Shown one piece after another: positions 1 through 9,266 of a stretch of 40,337 bases of DNA; within the stretch, counting starts at the first letter, position 1; each line of letters starts with the position of its first letter. The notes below the pieces were generated by a model. The model had not been told where the DNA came from. It was given only the letters and a program-made list of their open reading frames with translations, and ran no database searches. The stretch covers positions 1 to 40,337 of the IMG/VR virus record IMGVR_UViG_3300017912_003721. One strand, written 5' to 3'. Position numbers and translations under genes: made by a program. This DNA is from a virus (lineage: Duplodnaviria > Caudoviricetes).

Positions 1-103
1 CGTTATGATTTACTAAGCAATTTATTACCTTCGATTCTCTTATCCGAAACGAAGACAACATGTCAGGATGTTGTAATTTATCTGCTACAAGTCTATCTAT
101 CAT
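1..103 (-). CDS. hypothetical protein, N-terminal part (runs off the window edge)
   Basis: ATG at 103 opens MIDRLVADKLQHPDMLSSFRIRESKVINCLVNHN with no stop before position 1; it lies directly downstream of a sigma70-like promoter. Not in the ORF track. Confidence 0.6.
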   Translation of the reverse strand, partial: MIDRLVADKLQHPDMLSSFRIRESKVINCLVNHN

Positions 104-109
104 AAACCT

Positions 110-138
110 AATTTACGAAGAAAATTACTTTTTGTCAA
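110..138 (-). promoter_or_regulatory. sigma70-type promoter TTGACA-N17-TAAATT
   Basis: Minus strand reads TTGACA aaaagtaattttcttcg TAAATT aggttt ATG: perfect -35 and a 17-nt spacer. Confidence 0.75.
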
Positions 139-295
139 GCACTATTTTATCTTGTGGCACTGTGTATAATTTACCATCTTTACTTTCTACACGAAACTTA
201 TTTGTGATCTGATCAATTGTGTGAATCGTGACTTGATCATCTTTGTATAATGCTCCATCAGCAGAAAAATAGTTTTCTTTCAATCTACCTTTCAC
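125..295 (-). CDS. small hypothetical protein (56 aa, beta-rich, possibly SH3-like)
   Basis: GTG at 295 overlaps the upstream TAG (TAGTG); reads MKGRLKENYFSADGALYKDDQVTIHTIDQITNKFRVESKDGKLYTVPQDKIVLDKK*. Below the ORF-track size cutoff. Confidence 0.65.
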   Translation of the reverse strand: MKGRLKENYFSADGALYKDDQVTIHTIDQITNKFRVESKDGKLYTVPQDKIVLDKK

Positions 296-798
296 TAGAA
301 ATTACCTGATGATGGGAACTGACCGTTAAATGAAAAATAACAATTAGGGCAGAGTAATCGTAGATTATCTATTCTATGATTGTCTCTATTCCCATCTATA
401 AAGTCAATCCTAAGTAGAACTCTATCTTTACCAAGCACAACCTCGTTGTAACCACAAGAGCTACATTCTTCTTGTACCCAACCCTCATCAATCAATCTGT
501 TTTTTAGATATGTCAAACCTAATCTAACCTTTCTATTTTCTTTACTCAGCAGTTGGTCAAGTGGTTTTCTATACTTACCATATCCTTTCTTAATACCAAC
601 TCCTTCAGGATTCAAGTGTCTTTCCCACAATCCATATATCTTAGCATATTTACGATAAGTTAGGTAATGAACTCCTAGCCAACGAGCAGCAGCGCTGTTA
701 GATTTAGTAACAGCTTGTGCATCTTCAATCATCTTTTGAGTTACTGCTATCTGTTTACCAGGAATCCGAATAGGTTTTTCAAAACTACGACTTGACAT
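295..798 (-). CDS. HTH plus zinc-binding HNH-fold protein, catalytically degenerate
   Basis: N-terminal helix-turn-helix-like SNSAAARWLGVHYLTYRKY; CSSC...DFIDGNRDN...NLRLLCPNC HNH scaffold. Confidence 0.7.
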   Translation of the reverse strand: MSSRSFEKPIRIPGKQIAVTQKMIEDAQAVTKSNSAAARWLGVHYLTYRKYAKIYGLWERHLNPEGVGIKKGYGKYRKPLDQLLSKENRKVRLGLTYLKNRLIDEGWVQEECSSCGYNEVVLGKDRVLLRIDFIDGNRDNHRIDNLRLLCPNCYFSFNGQFPSSGNF

Positions 799-1006
799 AT
801 ACTTTTAAATCCGCATTAAATCTAGTGGTTAGATTTTCCTCTATGTCGTGACATATCATTTCATCTATCTTACGATATTTCTTAGCAGAATTCTTAGGTG
901 CTATTCTAAATATCTCACCCTTAACTACATCACCATATTGTTGTTGTTCAAAGTCACTACCCACACCTGGTGGATCGTATCTATCTTGAGCGTGATCGTT
1001 TGACAT
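785..1006 (-). CDS. hypothetical protein
   Basis: 73-aa ORF with GGAGA RBS upstream; overlaps the next gene. Confidence 0.7.
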   Translation of the reverse strand: MSNDHAQDRYDPPGVGSDFEQQQYGDVVKGEIFRIAPKNSAKKYRKIDEMICHDIEENLTTRFNADLKVYVKS

Positions 1007-1007
1007 A

Positions 1008-1208
1008 TTATTCTCCAGCTTCTTGTAATAAATTAAGTTTTTGTACTATATATTGTAAATTAGAAGTGATTAAACTTGATGGTTTAATCTTATGATAACT
1101 AACTTTAGCAGCTAATTTCTTTTCATACAACTCTACATCTAATTTCTTGTACAGATCATCTACAGCATTTCTAATATTCTGTAGTTCATCTAACTGTTCA
1201 TTTGTCAT
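1008..1208 (-). CDS. hypothetical protein
   Basis: 66-aa ORF; GGAGTTATAAATG start context abutting the upstream stop. Confidence 0.7.
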   Translation of the reverse strand: MTNEQLDELQNIRNAVDDLYKKLDVELYEKKLAAKVSYHKIKPSSLITSNLQYIVQKLNLLQEAGE

Positions 1209-1424
1209 TTATAACTCCAATTCCATTTGATTGTTTGGTTCTCTTTGACTTCCAAATCCCGAAGTCAATTCTTCTATCTCATCAATCCACTCAAATATAA
1301 ACCTAGAGACATCACTATTGAGTTTTTTCAACTCCTCTAGTGCTAGTTCTCTAACAAAAGGTTTCTCTTCTGTATCTCTGATTGTGAGCATTAAATTTGT
1401 GATATGTAAACCTAGTTTATTCAT
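1209..1424 (-). CDS. hypothetical protein
   Basis: 71-aa ORF; AGGAGTTATATAATG RBS; ends in QMELEL. Confidence 0.7.
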   Translation of the reverse strand: MNKLGLHITNLMLTIRDTEEKPFVRELALEELKKLNSDVSRFIFEWIDEIEELTSGFGSQREPNNQMELEL

Positions 1425-1452
1425 TATATAACTCCTGTTACACTTATAAGTA

Positions 1453-2706
1453 TTACTTAGTCTTACAAATAATTAAATCTTTTTCATATGTTTGTAAAGA
1501 ATTGACTTTTATATTGAAAATATCTAGATCAAACTCACCTATTTCACCTGAATCTTGTAATATCTCTGGTAATTGAGTCAACATTTGAAAGTTTTGATTA
1601 TTTAATTTAGAGCAATCAATATAAACCATTATGTCATTTTTAAGATTACTATGTTGTGTATGTATTTTTTTACTCAAACTAAAATCAGTATTAGGTTGTT
1701 CCTCTTCAATATATTTGTTCACATGAAACCCCTTATGTCCAACCCAATCACCATAAATATCACTACACCACGGCTCTAATGCTGATAAATGTTCAAGTCC
1801 ACAATTATCTACCATAAATCCAATATTATACTTCGGTGGTATTATTGGCATCATCATTGAATCATGTTTCACAAAATGTCCCCACTTACGAATAAAGTTA
1901 CGAGTTGATCTTTCATTTTGTTTTAACCACTCATCTGTCTCTCTGTTCTTCATAAAGACTTGACCATCAGGATTTCTTTGAGCTCCATCAGCAAATCTAC
2001 TACCACGACAGGTCATGTGATACACAAACCCTTTCCAAGTCTGAATTAATTCGTATCCATTCAACACAAACCTATTAAATATATCAGAATCTTCTTTACT
2101 CTGTGGAGCATATAATGGATCATGTCCACCAATACTTGTGAAGTCTTCCTTATAGACAGCCCAAGGAGCAAAGATACCTTGACTTGTCTCTTGACCAAGT
2201 TTAAGAGGACCATACAATAAACCATTACCACTTTGTATTTCATCAACAAAACTAAGTAAATCTTGTTCTTTAAACTCCTCTGGTTCTATACCAAAATCCT
2301 CTAATATCTTTTCAGGACCATCAGGATGTAATGGTGGTTCTATACGAGTGGCACTGACTACTTTACCTGGTTCTAAATGTTTTAGTATTTCTGTATCTAA
2401 ATTAGGACAAGCATACATATCAGCGTGATAAATCATAACGATATCACTTGTCGCCATATCTACCAGCGTATCATACAGAATGGTGTGTCCTAACCTTGTA
2501 GGTCCTTCATTCCTATGTATCTTTACATTCGGGTCTTTCTTGATAATCTCATTCATCCACTCCCATGTACCATCATCGGAGAAATCATCAGCCCAGCATA
2601 TCTCGTGTCGGTATCCAAGATTCTTTCTGATAGAGTTATAACTCCACTGTAAATACTTTAAGTTGTTTCTACTTGGTTGTATAAAACTTATTACTTTATC
2701 ACTCAT
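1453..2706 (-). CDS. glycosyltransferase family 2 (GT-A) with C-terminal extension
   Basis: ISFIQPSRNN, ADDFSDDGT, HADMY (DxD-like), GGHDP...EDSDIF motifs. Confidence 0.9.
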   Translation of the reverse strand: MSDKVISFIQPSRNNLKYLQWSYNSIRKNLGYRHEICWADDFSDDGTWEWMNEIIKKDPNVKIHRNEGPTRLGHTILYDTLVDMATSDIVMIYHADMYACPNLDTEILKHLEPGKVVSATRIEPPLHPDGPEKILEDFGIEPEEFKEQDLLSFVDEIQSGNGLLYGPLKLGQETSQGIFAPWAVYKEDFTSIGGHDPLYAPQSKEDSDIFNRFVLNGYELIQTWKGFVYHMTCRGSRFADGAQRNPDGQVFMKNRETDEWLKQNERSTRNFIRKWGHFVKHDSMMMPIIPPKYNIGFMVDNCGLEHLSALEPWCSDIYGDWVGHKGFHVNKYIEEEQPNTDFSLSKKIHTQHSNLKNDIMVYIDCSKLNNQNFQMLTQLPEILQDSGEIGEFDLDIFNIKVNSLQTYEKDLIICKTK

Positions 2707-2944
2707 ATAAACTACTCCATTTTTTTAATCTCTCTATTTTCTTCAATACTCCAGCATCGATATCATCCCAACTAACCAAATCATATTCGTGAATCAACTC
2801 AATCATACAATATACATCTGCAATTTCTTGTATAAGTTTTTTATTATCATGGTAATCATTACATCGGATTGCTTTGCTACATTGTTGGATAAGTTCACCA
2901 CACTCCTCCATGGTGATGGTCAATAATTCTTGTAATTTATCCAC
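2699..2944 (-). CDS. MazG-like nucleotide pyrophosphohydrolase
   Basis: EECGEL...QEIADV all-alpha NTP-PPase motif. Confidence 0.8.
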   Translation of the reverse strand: MDKLQELLTITMEECGELIQQCSKAIRCNDYHDNKKLIQEIADVYCMIELIHEYDLVSWDDIDAGVLKKIERLKKWSSLYE

Positions 2945-3860
2945 CGAATGCTCTCCTTATGTTTTGATGTAATTCATTATAATCTCTATGTCCTCTCTGT
3001 TTTATCTCCTTCTTTTTATCTATTGTAGGATAAATTGGAGCGTTAGATAGTTTTCTGAAATATGAATTATTATCAAAATATCCTGGTCTAACATCACAAG
3101 ATGTATTTACATAGATTACTACTGGTACTCCAAAACAACTACAGAGAATACTAGAACCTCCACCCATAGATATAAATCCTCTAGACTTTGAAAATATTTT
3201 TAATTGCCCTACATTATAAGATAAATTGTTATTATGTATCACCTCGTCCATCAAGAACACATTAGGATGTTTTTTTACCAAATCATAATCGGTAAGTCCA
3301 TTTTGTTCGATATCTAAATTTAATAATTCATTTGGATCTCTGGTAAATTCGGTGTTTCTAGGTCTTTTATAAATTACACTCAAACCAATGCTTCGTAAGT
3401 AATTAAAGATTTCATTCAAACAATCAATATCAAAATATCCAACGGGTAACTCACCATGCTCTAAATTATATCTATTAGAAATAACGATAAAATTATTTGG
3501 TAAATTTAGGTTTTCATCATAGTATTCTTGTCTGTAAGGTGGACACTCCCATTGTGAATAATCTAACCAACCATTAGCTTTTGTTTTATCTTCTTCTGTT
3601 AACTCACTGTAATCTTTACCGAAGTTAGCAATAGCATTATGATGTATCCACGTGTTAGGTAAATTCTGAACTCCGTTATTTAAATTATCTATACTTCTAT
3701 GTTCATATTTTTCCTCTACATTATCACAAAAATAGTAAAATGGTTTCATACCTTTACTAGTAATTACCTTTTCTAATTGATTATTCTTATGTAACCAATA
3801 CGCGTAAGGTATGGAACAACCTATCTCGTATCCAAATTCAGGATTAACATCAATAACCAT
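2937..3860 (-). CDS. putative GT-B glycosyltransferase (GT9/heptosyltransferase-like)
   Basis: C-terminal IFSKSRGFISMGGGSSILCSCFGVPVVI resembles the GT9 segment; sits in a glycan island. Confidence 0.5.
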   Translation of the reverse strand: MVIDVNPEFGYEIGCSIPYAYWLHKNNQLEKVITSKGMKPFYYFCDNVEEKYEHRSIDNLNNGVQNLPNTWIHHNAIANFGKDYSELTEEDKTKANGWLDYSQWECPPYRQEYYDENLNLPNNFIVISNRYNLEHGELPVGYFDIDCLNEIFNYLRSIGLSVIYKRPRNTEFTRDPNELLNLDIEQNGLTDYDLVKKHPNVFLMDEVIHNNNLSYNVGQLKIFSKSRGFISMGGGSSILCSCFGVPVVIYVNTSCDVRPGYFDNNSYFRKLSNAPIYPTIDKKKEIKQRGHRDYNELHQNIRRAFGG

Positions 3861-4572
3861 AAAACTCCTTCAATTCTTTTAACTGAATAGTAATTGGATT
3901 TCTCTGTTTACCCTTTACTAAACATTTATCAGCAACCACAGACGCATCTGATTTTATTTCTATATCCTTGTCGTAAATATCTGCTATCTCTGTCAACAAC
4001 TCAAATTTAGATATACAATAAGATTTAATAATAGTTTCGATTTCCCACATATCCCAATCATTTATTAACTGTAAACACACATTAGCCCATTCCAAAGTTG
4101 TATTTCCATTCCACATAGCTTGACTATAACCCGATACACTACCTTTGCTATTTAAAAACCAATCTAACAAACTGTTAGAACTATTCAACTCATGTCCTAT
4201 TATGGATGTTTTAATTATCTTAGTTCTCATACCATCAATCTTTATATAGTCCGAAGCATTTACCTTTGACACACCATAGTGATCATTATCCATTTCACAA
4301 TCTGTGCCAGGATGTATCACTCTACACTCTAGGTTTTTATCTAACCATATTGGTAATTCATAATTAATATCAAAATCCTTAGTTCTCTGTGGAATAGCAC
4401 CAATACAATTTATTACATAATCCACACCCATATTTACAATATCTGTTAAGAAGTGGTCATCAGGCCATCTACCATCAACAGTAAAGGTTTCTATGTTTTG
4501 AAATGATGAAAAATACTTGTGAACACAATTACCCAACATACCCGTATGACCTAATACCAAAACCTTTACCAT
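3850..4572 (-). CDS. RmlD-like NDP-4-keto-6-deoxyhexose reductase (SDR)
   Basis: VLVLGHTGMLG Rossmann motif, VINCIG, YGVSK catalytic YxxxK, SLLDWF, ISKFELL. Confidence 0.8.
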   Translation of the reverse strand: MVKVLVLGHTGMLGNCVHKYFSSFQNIETFTVDGRWPDDHFLTDIVNMGVDYVINCIGAIPQRTKDFDINYELPIWLDKNLECRVIHPGTDCEMDNDHYGVSKVNASDYIKIDGMRTKIIKTSIIGHELNSSNSLLDWFLNSKGSVSGYSQAMWNGNTTLEWANVCLQLINDWDMWEIETIIKSYCISKFELLTEIADIYDKDIEIKSDASVVADKCLVKGKQRNPITIQLKELKEFYGY

Positions 4573-5525
4573 ATTACTTTACTCTCCTTTAAAAAGTCCT
4601 TAGCCTCAGAACTATCCATTAGGTAGTCCAATGAGTTATAAGAATGTATTTCTTTATTTACATTCTTATTTCCAATTAACAAGAAATTGTCTAACTCCTC
4701 AGTTTTCATCCACTCTTCACTAGATACCATCTCCTCATGTAGTTTTTCTCCAGGTCTAATACCAACTTCTTTTATACCCTCAAACCACCCATTAGTTGGT
4801 TTATAATGATTGATAAGAGTTTCAGCAATATCAACAACTTTCAGTGACTTTACTTTAGGAACAGCAATCTTACCATGTGAACCACCATATTCATAAGCCC
4901 AATGAATCAAATCCGTGGCTTGTTCTAAAGTCAATAAGAATCTAGTCATATCTAAATGTGTAATTGGTATATAATCTAAAACTCTATTCTCTAAAATACT
5001 TTTGAAAAATGGAATAACTGAGCCAGTCGATTCTAACACATTACCATATCTGACTATTACTATCTTAGTGTCTCTTTGTTGTTTAGCGTAACTAACATAC
5101 AATTGTTCGCTTATAGCTTTACACATACCATAAACATTTATTGGTTTACACGCTTTATCAGTTGAGACAAATATTAAAGTTTTAACAGTTCCATTTGCTT
5201 CACATTCTTCTATTACATTCTGATGACCGATTATATTTGTTTTTACACTTTCAAATGGATTATCTTCACATATTGGGACATGTTTTAGAGCAGCAGTATT
5301 TATAACAACATCAGGACAATATCTATTAAGAGTATTTCTAATTGAATTTTTATCTTTTATATCACCTATTACAGAGATAAAATCAGGATAAGTTTTTAGT
5401 AACTCATAGTGTTTGTGTTCATCTCTAGAAAAAACTATTATCGTGTTATCTTGATAGTACCTTTTCATTAAAGTTCTACCTAGAGCACCAGTACCACCTA
5501 ATATTAATATGATTTTATTCTTCAT
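4566..5525 (-). CDS. UDP-GlcNAc 4,6-dehydratase (PseB/FlaA1/CapD family)
   Basis: GGTGALG, FSRDE, AALKHVP, STDKA, YGMCK, RYGNV...GSVIP, GIRPGEKLHEE; start at the ATG of MKNKII. Confidence 0.9.
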   Translation of the reverse strand: MKNKIILILGGTGALGRTLMKRYYQDNTIIVFSRDEHKHYELLKTYPDFISVIGDIKDKNSIRNTLNRYCPDVVINTAALKHVPICEDNPFESVKTNIIGHQNVIEECEANGTVKTLIFVSTDKACKPINVYGMCKAISEQLYVSYAKQQRDTKIVIVRYGNVLESTGSVIPFFKSILENRVLDYIPITHLDMTRFLLTLEQATDLIHWAYEYGGSHGKIAVPKVKSLKVVDIAETLINHYKPTNGWFEGIKEVGIRPGEKLHEEMVSSEEWMKTEELDNFLLIGNKNVNKEIHSYNSLDYLMDSSEAKDFLKESKVIW

Positions 5526-6393
5526 CAACAACAGCTCTTCCTTTGAGTTCTTTCCAATCTTGTTCAGGTCTCACTTCTAAATTTTTTCTCCAAACGGCTG
5601 CCAAAATACTTGGGTTTACACCAACAGATTCAGCAAAATTTCTCATAGCTTGAACATCTTTTGGAAAGCAACTACCACCAAAACCAAGTTTACCATCATG
5701 ACCTGGCACATTCAAATGTGAGTGTCCAATCCTACCATCAGCAACGAACCCATCTACAGCTTGTTTCCAATTAATTTTACACTTTTTAGCAATCTGATAC
5801 ATCTCATTCATAAAAGATACTTTAGTTGCAAAAAAACAATTACTCATATATTTAATCATTTCAGCAGTTTCGTAAGTTGTTTCTAATATGGATATACAAT
5901 CACCGAATCTCTGTCTAATTAAATTAACAAAAAGTTCTGAACCTAAAGCACTTTTATGTGAATCTCCACTACCAATAATAAAACGACCTTGACTTATAAA
6001 ATCAGAATTAGCTGATCTTTCAGTTAGAAACTCAGGATTAAATAATAAGTTTAATTTTGGAAACTTCTCTTGTAAAGACCGAGTAGTTCCTGGTACTACA
6101 GTTGATCTTATCAGTATGTAATTATCTTTATCTGATATTTTATCTATGTCACTAAGAGCATCAGTTAGTATATCAAGATTAATTGAACCATCTTCATTTG
6201 CTGGAGTTGGAACTGACAGATATATCAGATCAGATTTATTAATTGTTTCTTCTAATTCATGTGTTGATTTACTTGGATCTTTATCGTAAACTCTAACCTC
6301 AGCATCACAACCTACTTTTTGTGAAAAACCAAACTGAACAGCATTTCCTACAAATCCATTACCGACCACACCTATTTTTTGTTCTATTTTCAT
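5515..6393 (-). CDS. UDP-glucose/GDP-mannose dehydrogenase family protein (short form lacking the C-terminal domain)
   Basis: GNGFVG, SVPTP, RSTVVPGT, FNPEFL, AEMIKY, GFGGSCFPKD (catalytic Cys). Confidence 0.88.
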   Translation of the reverse strand: MKIEQKIGVVGNGFVGNAVQFGFSQKVGCDAEVRVYDKDPSKSTHELEETINKSDLIYLSVPTPANEDGSINLDILTDALSDIDKISDKDNYILIRSTVVPGTTRSLQEKFPKLNLLFNPEFLTERSANSDFISQGRFIIGSGDSHKSALGSELFVNLIRQRFGDCISILETTYETAEMIKYMSNCFFATKVSFMNEMYQIAKKCKINWKQAVDGFVADGRIGHSHLNVPGHDGKLGFGGSCFPKDVQAMRNFAESVGVNPSILAAVWRKNLEVRPEQDWKELKGRAVVDEE

Positions 6394-7298
6394 TTAAACG
6401 GCCACTCTATTTTATTAGGGTTATTAGTTCCTTCAATGGGGATTACAAATGAATCTTCATCTTCACCAGGTAGTCGTCCCCACTTTTCTATAAATCTTTG
6501 CATAGCTCTTTGTTCCCAACGAACTATATGTGCTGGTCTTTTATTATTATCTAATTCTCTCTCACCATTGGGAAATCTTGATGTTCTTGATGTGAAATGC
6601 CAAATCAGAGACTTACTTGTCATGATAAATTTATAACCTTCCATTTGCATTCTCATGAACAAATCCTTATCTTCCCAATACATAGGTTGGAATATAGGAT
6701 CGTTACCACCAATGTTTATATGATCTTCTACTCTACAGAAGTAACCAGCACCACCACCTTTTCTAATTTGAATATCATTATCTTTTGTAAACTCAGTAGC
6801 CCATCTATCAAAATACTCATCATCAAAATTATCTTCATGTTCACCAAACTCATCAAAATCTACGAACACTGTACCAGGTCTGTAAGGTGGATCATTTGGA
6901 AATATATTTGGTTGAACCCTAAATGATGAAGCAATCAATCTTTCACCTGGTTCTATGTCATCATATAGTTTCAATAACTCAATATCTTGATTAGGTGCTA
7001 CCCAAAAATCCGAATGTAATATGTTGACAAACTCTGTCTTTACCTTACTCACACAATAATCAATACCACCACCGATACCTCGTTGATCCTCTCTGTCTGT
7101 ACCACTTTCTATATAATATTCAATCCCAAGTTGATTATAGTTAGCATCCAACCAATTGTTAGTTCCATCTGTACAGTTCTCAGCAAAAATAATAATAGGT
7201 TGATCTTGATAGTAACAATTTTGTCGAATAGATTGCACAGTTAATTTTAAAAATGGTAAATTATTATATGTTGGTATTACTGATGTTATCTTACTCAC
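6390..7298 (-). CDS. glycosyltransferase family 2
   Basis: VIPTYNN, CTDGT, HSDFW, GGNDP...WEDKDLF. Confidence 0.9.
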   Translation of the reverse strand: MSKITSVIPTYNNLPFLKLTVQSIRQNCYYQDQPIIIFAENCTDGTNNWLDANYNQLGIEYYIESGTDREDQRGIGGGIDYCVSKVKTEFVNILHSDFWVAPNQDIELLKLYDDIEPGERLIASSFRVQPNIFPNDPPYRPGTVFVDFDEFGEHEDNFDDEYFDRWATEFTKDNDIQIRKGGGAGYFCRVEDHINIGGNDPIFQPMYWEDKDLFMRMQMEGYKFIMTSKSLIWHFTSRTSRFPNGERELDNNKRPAHIVRWEQRAMQRFIEKWGRLPGEDEDSFVIPIEGTNNPNKIEWPFK

Positions 7299-8307
7299 TC
7301 TCTACTCCATTTAAGTTAGCAAAAAAGTTATACCAATACATACCTACATTGTGATAAGCAAACATTTCCACTAGTTTTTTTCTACTATTGTCTATAATAT
7401 ACTGATAATCTTTATAATTAGCAAGCACTTTTTCAATAGTTTCATTTAAATCAGACCAATCGGGTTTAACTGGTACATAAGTTTCCATTGGTTTATAAAA
7501 ATCAGGCTCAGTAATTACTTTACTCATGTCGGGTTTAATTAATAATCCACCGTGTTGAACTATCTCTAAATCACGGTAACAAACCTCACATTGTCCATAT
7601 GGAGATATTCCTATCTTTGATCTCTCCATGACATTTTTTGTAACATCTGGTGGTAACTTTTGAGCAACAATATTATACTTGTCTGATATCTTTTCTAACT
7701 CATTCCACCCACCTTGTCTATGTTTTGTATAGTATTGACCGGTCTCTACACCAAAATTGTAGTTATTTGGTGGATGTATTGTTTGCCACACAGCACAAAC
7801 ATCAATGTCCTTTTGACCAATCGGTTGTAAATTTTGCATATTTGGCCAGTTATGACATACAGTATATCCTGTTAATTTAATCGTATCATAAATTTCTTGT
7901 GGTATATCATATCCAACATCACATGTAGAACCTTTACCAAAATACCACTTATTCAAAACAGTTTTTTCTTTATAATCTTCTCTTGATAACATAGATTTTT
8001 TAAAAAGAAATTGAGCATCACAATCAACAAATACCTCGTAACCACCAAGTAAATCAGTACCACCACCGCCATGAAACATGAAGTAATCTCCTGATTTTTT
8101 AGACATGTTTTCTAATCCATAGTTAACACTCTCTTCTAAACTCTTACCTTTCTGAGTCCACTGATTCATATCAACAAACTCATAATCATAATCATTTGAG
8201 TTGGTCAATTCAATACTATAATCAGACAATATACCTATTTGATTTGATATTAACAAAGCACCAAAACATTTCATATTGGAGTTATCAGATAGTTTTATTT
8301 TTATCAT
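7291..8307 (-). CDS. GT-B/group-1-like glycosyltransferase (paralog of 15844..16851)
   Basis: SKIGISPYG.CEVCYRDLE...LIKPDMS...TYVPVKPDWSDL C-terminal domain. Confidence 0.65.
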   Translation of the reverse strand: MIKIKLSDNSNMKCFGALLISNQIGILSDYSIELTNSNDYDYEFVDMNQWTQKGKSLEESVNYGLENMSKKSGDYFMFHGGGGTDLLGGYEVFVDCDAQFLFKKSMLSREDYKEKTVLNKWYFGKGSTCDVGYDIPQEIYDTIKLTGYTVCHNWPNMQNLQPIGQKDIDVCAVWQTIHPPNNYNFGVETGQYYTKHRQGGWNELEKISDKYNIVAQKLPPDVTKNVMERSKIGISPYGQCEVCYRDLEIVQHGGLLIKPDMSKVITEPDFYKPMETYVPVKPDWSDLNETIEKVLANYKDYQYIIDNSRKKLVEMFAYHNVGMYWYNFFANLNGVESE

Positions 8308-9266
8308 GACAACAAATCTATATCGTTACCAACCATGTTAGAAACCATTTGTTTAAACGAAGTTTCTGGTTTCCATCCCAACACCTCACGAGCTTTTGTT
8401 GAGTCTCCACATAAAACAGCAACCTCTGCTGGTCTCATAAATCGTTCATCTTGAATAACAAACCTTTCCCAATCTTCTATGTCAACACACTCAAAAGCCA
8501 CATCAAGAAAATCTCGAATCGAATGTTCCACACCTGTAGCAATCACATAATCATCTGGCTCATCATGTTGTAACATCATCCACATAGACTTAACGTAATC
8601 AGGTGAATATCCCCAATCTCTTTTAGCATCTAAGTTACCTAACTTGATGTGATCTTTTAGTCCTAAATGAATCTTAGCAACACCATCAGTAATCTTACGA
8701 GTTACAAACTCAACACCTCGTCTCTCTGATTCATGGTTGAACAGAATACCACTGACATTAAACATATCATAAGATTCTCTATAGTTCTTTGTAATCCAAT
8801 GTCCATATAGTTTAGCAACACCATAAGGTGATCTAGGATAAAATGGTGTGGTTTCCTTTGCTGGATTCTCAACCATTCTACCATAGAGTTCAGAAGTTGA
8901 TGCTTGATAAAACTTGATGTCTTTACCATACTCTCGTATAGCCTCAAGCATTCTCAAAACACCAAGACCTGTAACATCACCTGTTTGTTCTGGTGTGTTC
9001 CAACTCTCTCCTACAAATGACATAGCAGCTAAATTGTACACTTCATGTGGATTAGATTTAACCAAACACCTAACTAATGAATTTTGATCAGTTAAGTCAC
9101 CATTTAAAAAAGTGATCTTATCTTCTAAATGCCAACTATTAGTTCTGTTAGGAGTTGATGTTCTTCTCTCCATACCAAATACTTCATAACCTTTTTCTAA
9201 TAGAAAGTCGGCAAGGTGACTACCATCCATTCCATTTATACCTGTAATTAAAGCTCTTTTATTCAT
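8304..9266 (-). CDS. gmd: GDP-mannose 4,6-dehydratase
   Basis: ALITGINGMDGSHLA, YQASTSELYG, PFYPRSPYGVAKLY, ILFNHES, FVTRKIT, LGNLDAKRDWG. Confidence 0.95.
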   Translation of the reverse strand: MNKRALITGINGMDGSHLADFLLEKGYEVFGMERRTSTPNRTNSWHLEDKITFLNGDLTDQNSLVRCLVKSNPHEVYNLAAMSFVGESWNTPEQTGDVTGLGVLRMLEAIREYGKDIKFYQASTSELYGRMVENPAKETTPFYPRSPYGVAKLYGHWITKNYRESYDMFNVSGILFNHESERRGVEFVTRKITDGVAKIHLGLKDHIKLGNLDAKRDWGYSPDYVKSMWMMLQHDEPDDYVIATGVEHSIRDFLDVAFECVDIEDWERFVIQDERFMRPAEVAVLCGDSTKAREVLGWKPETSFKQMVSNMVGNDIDLLS

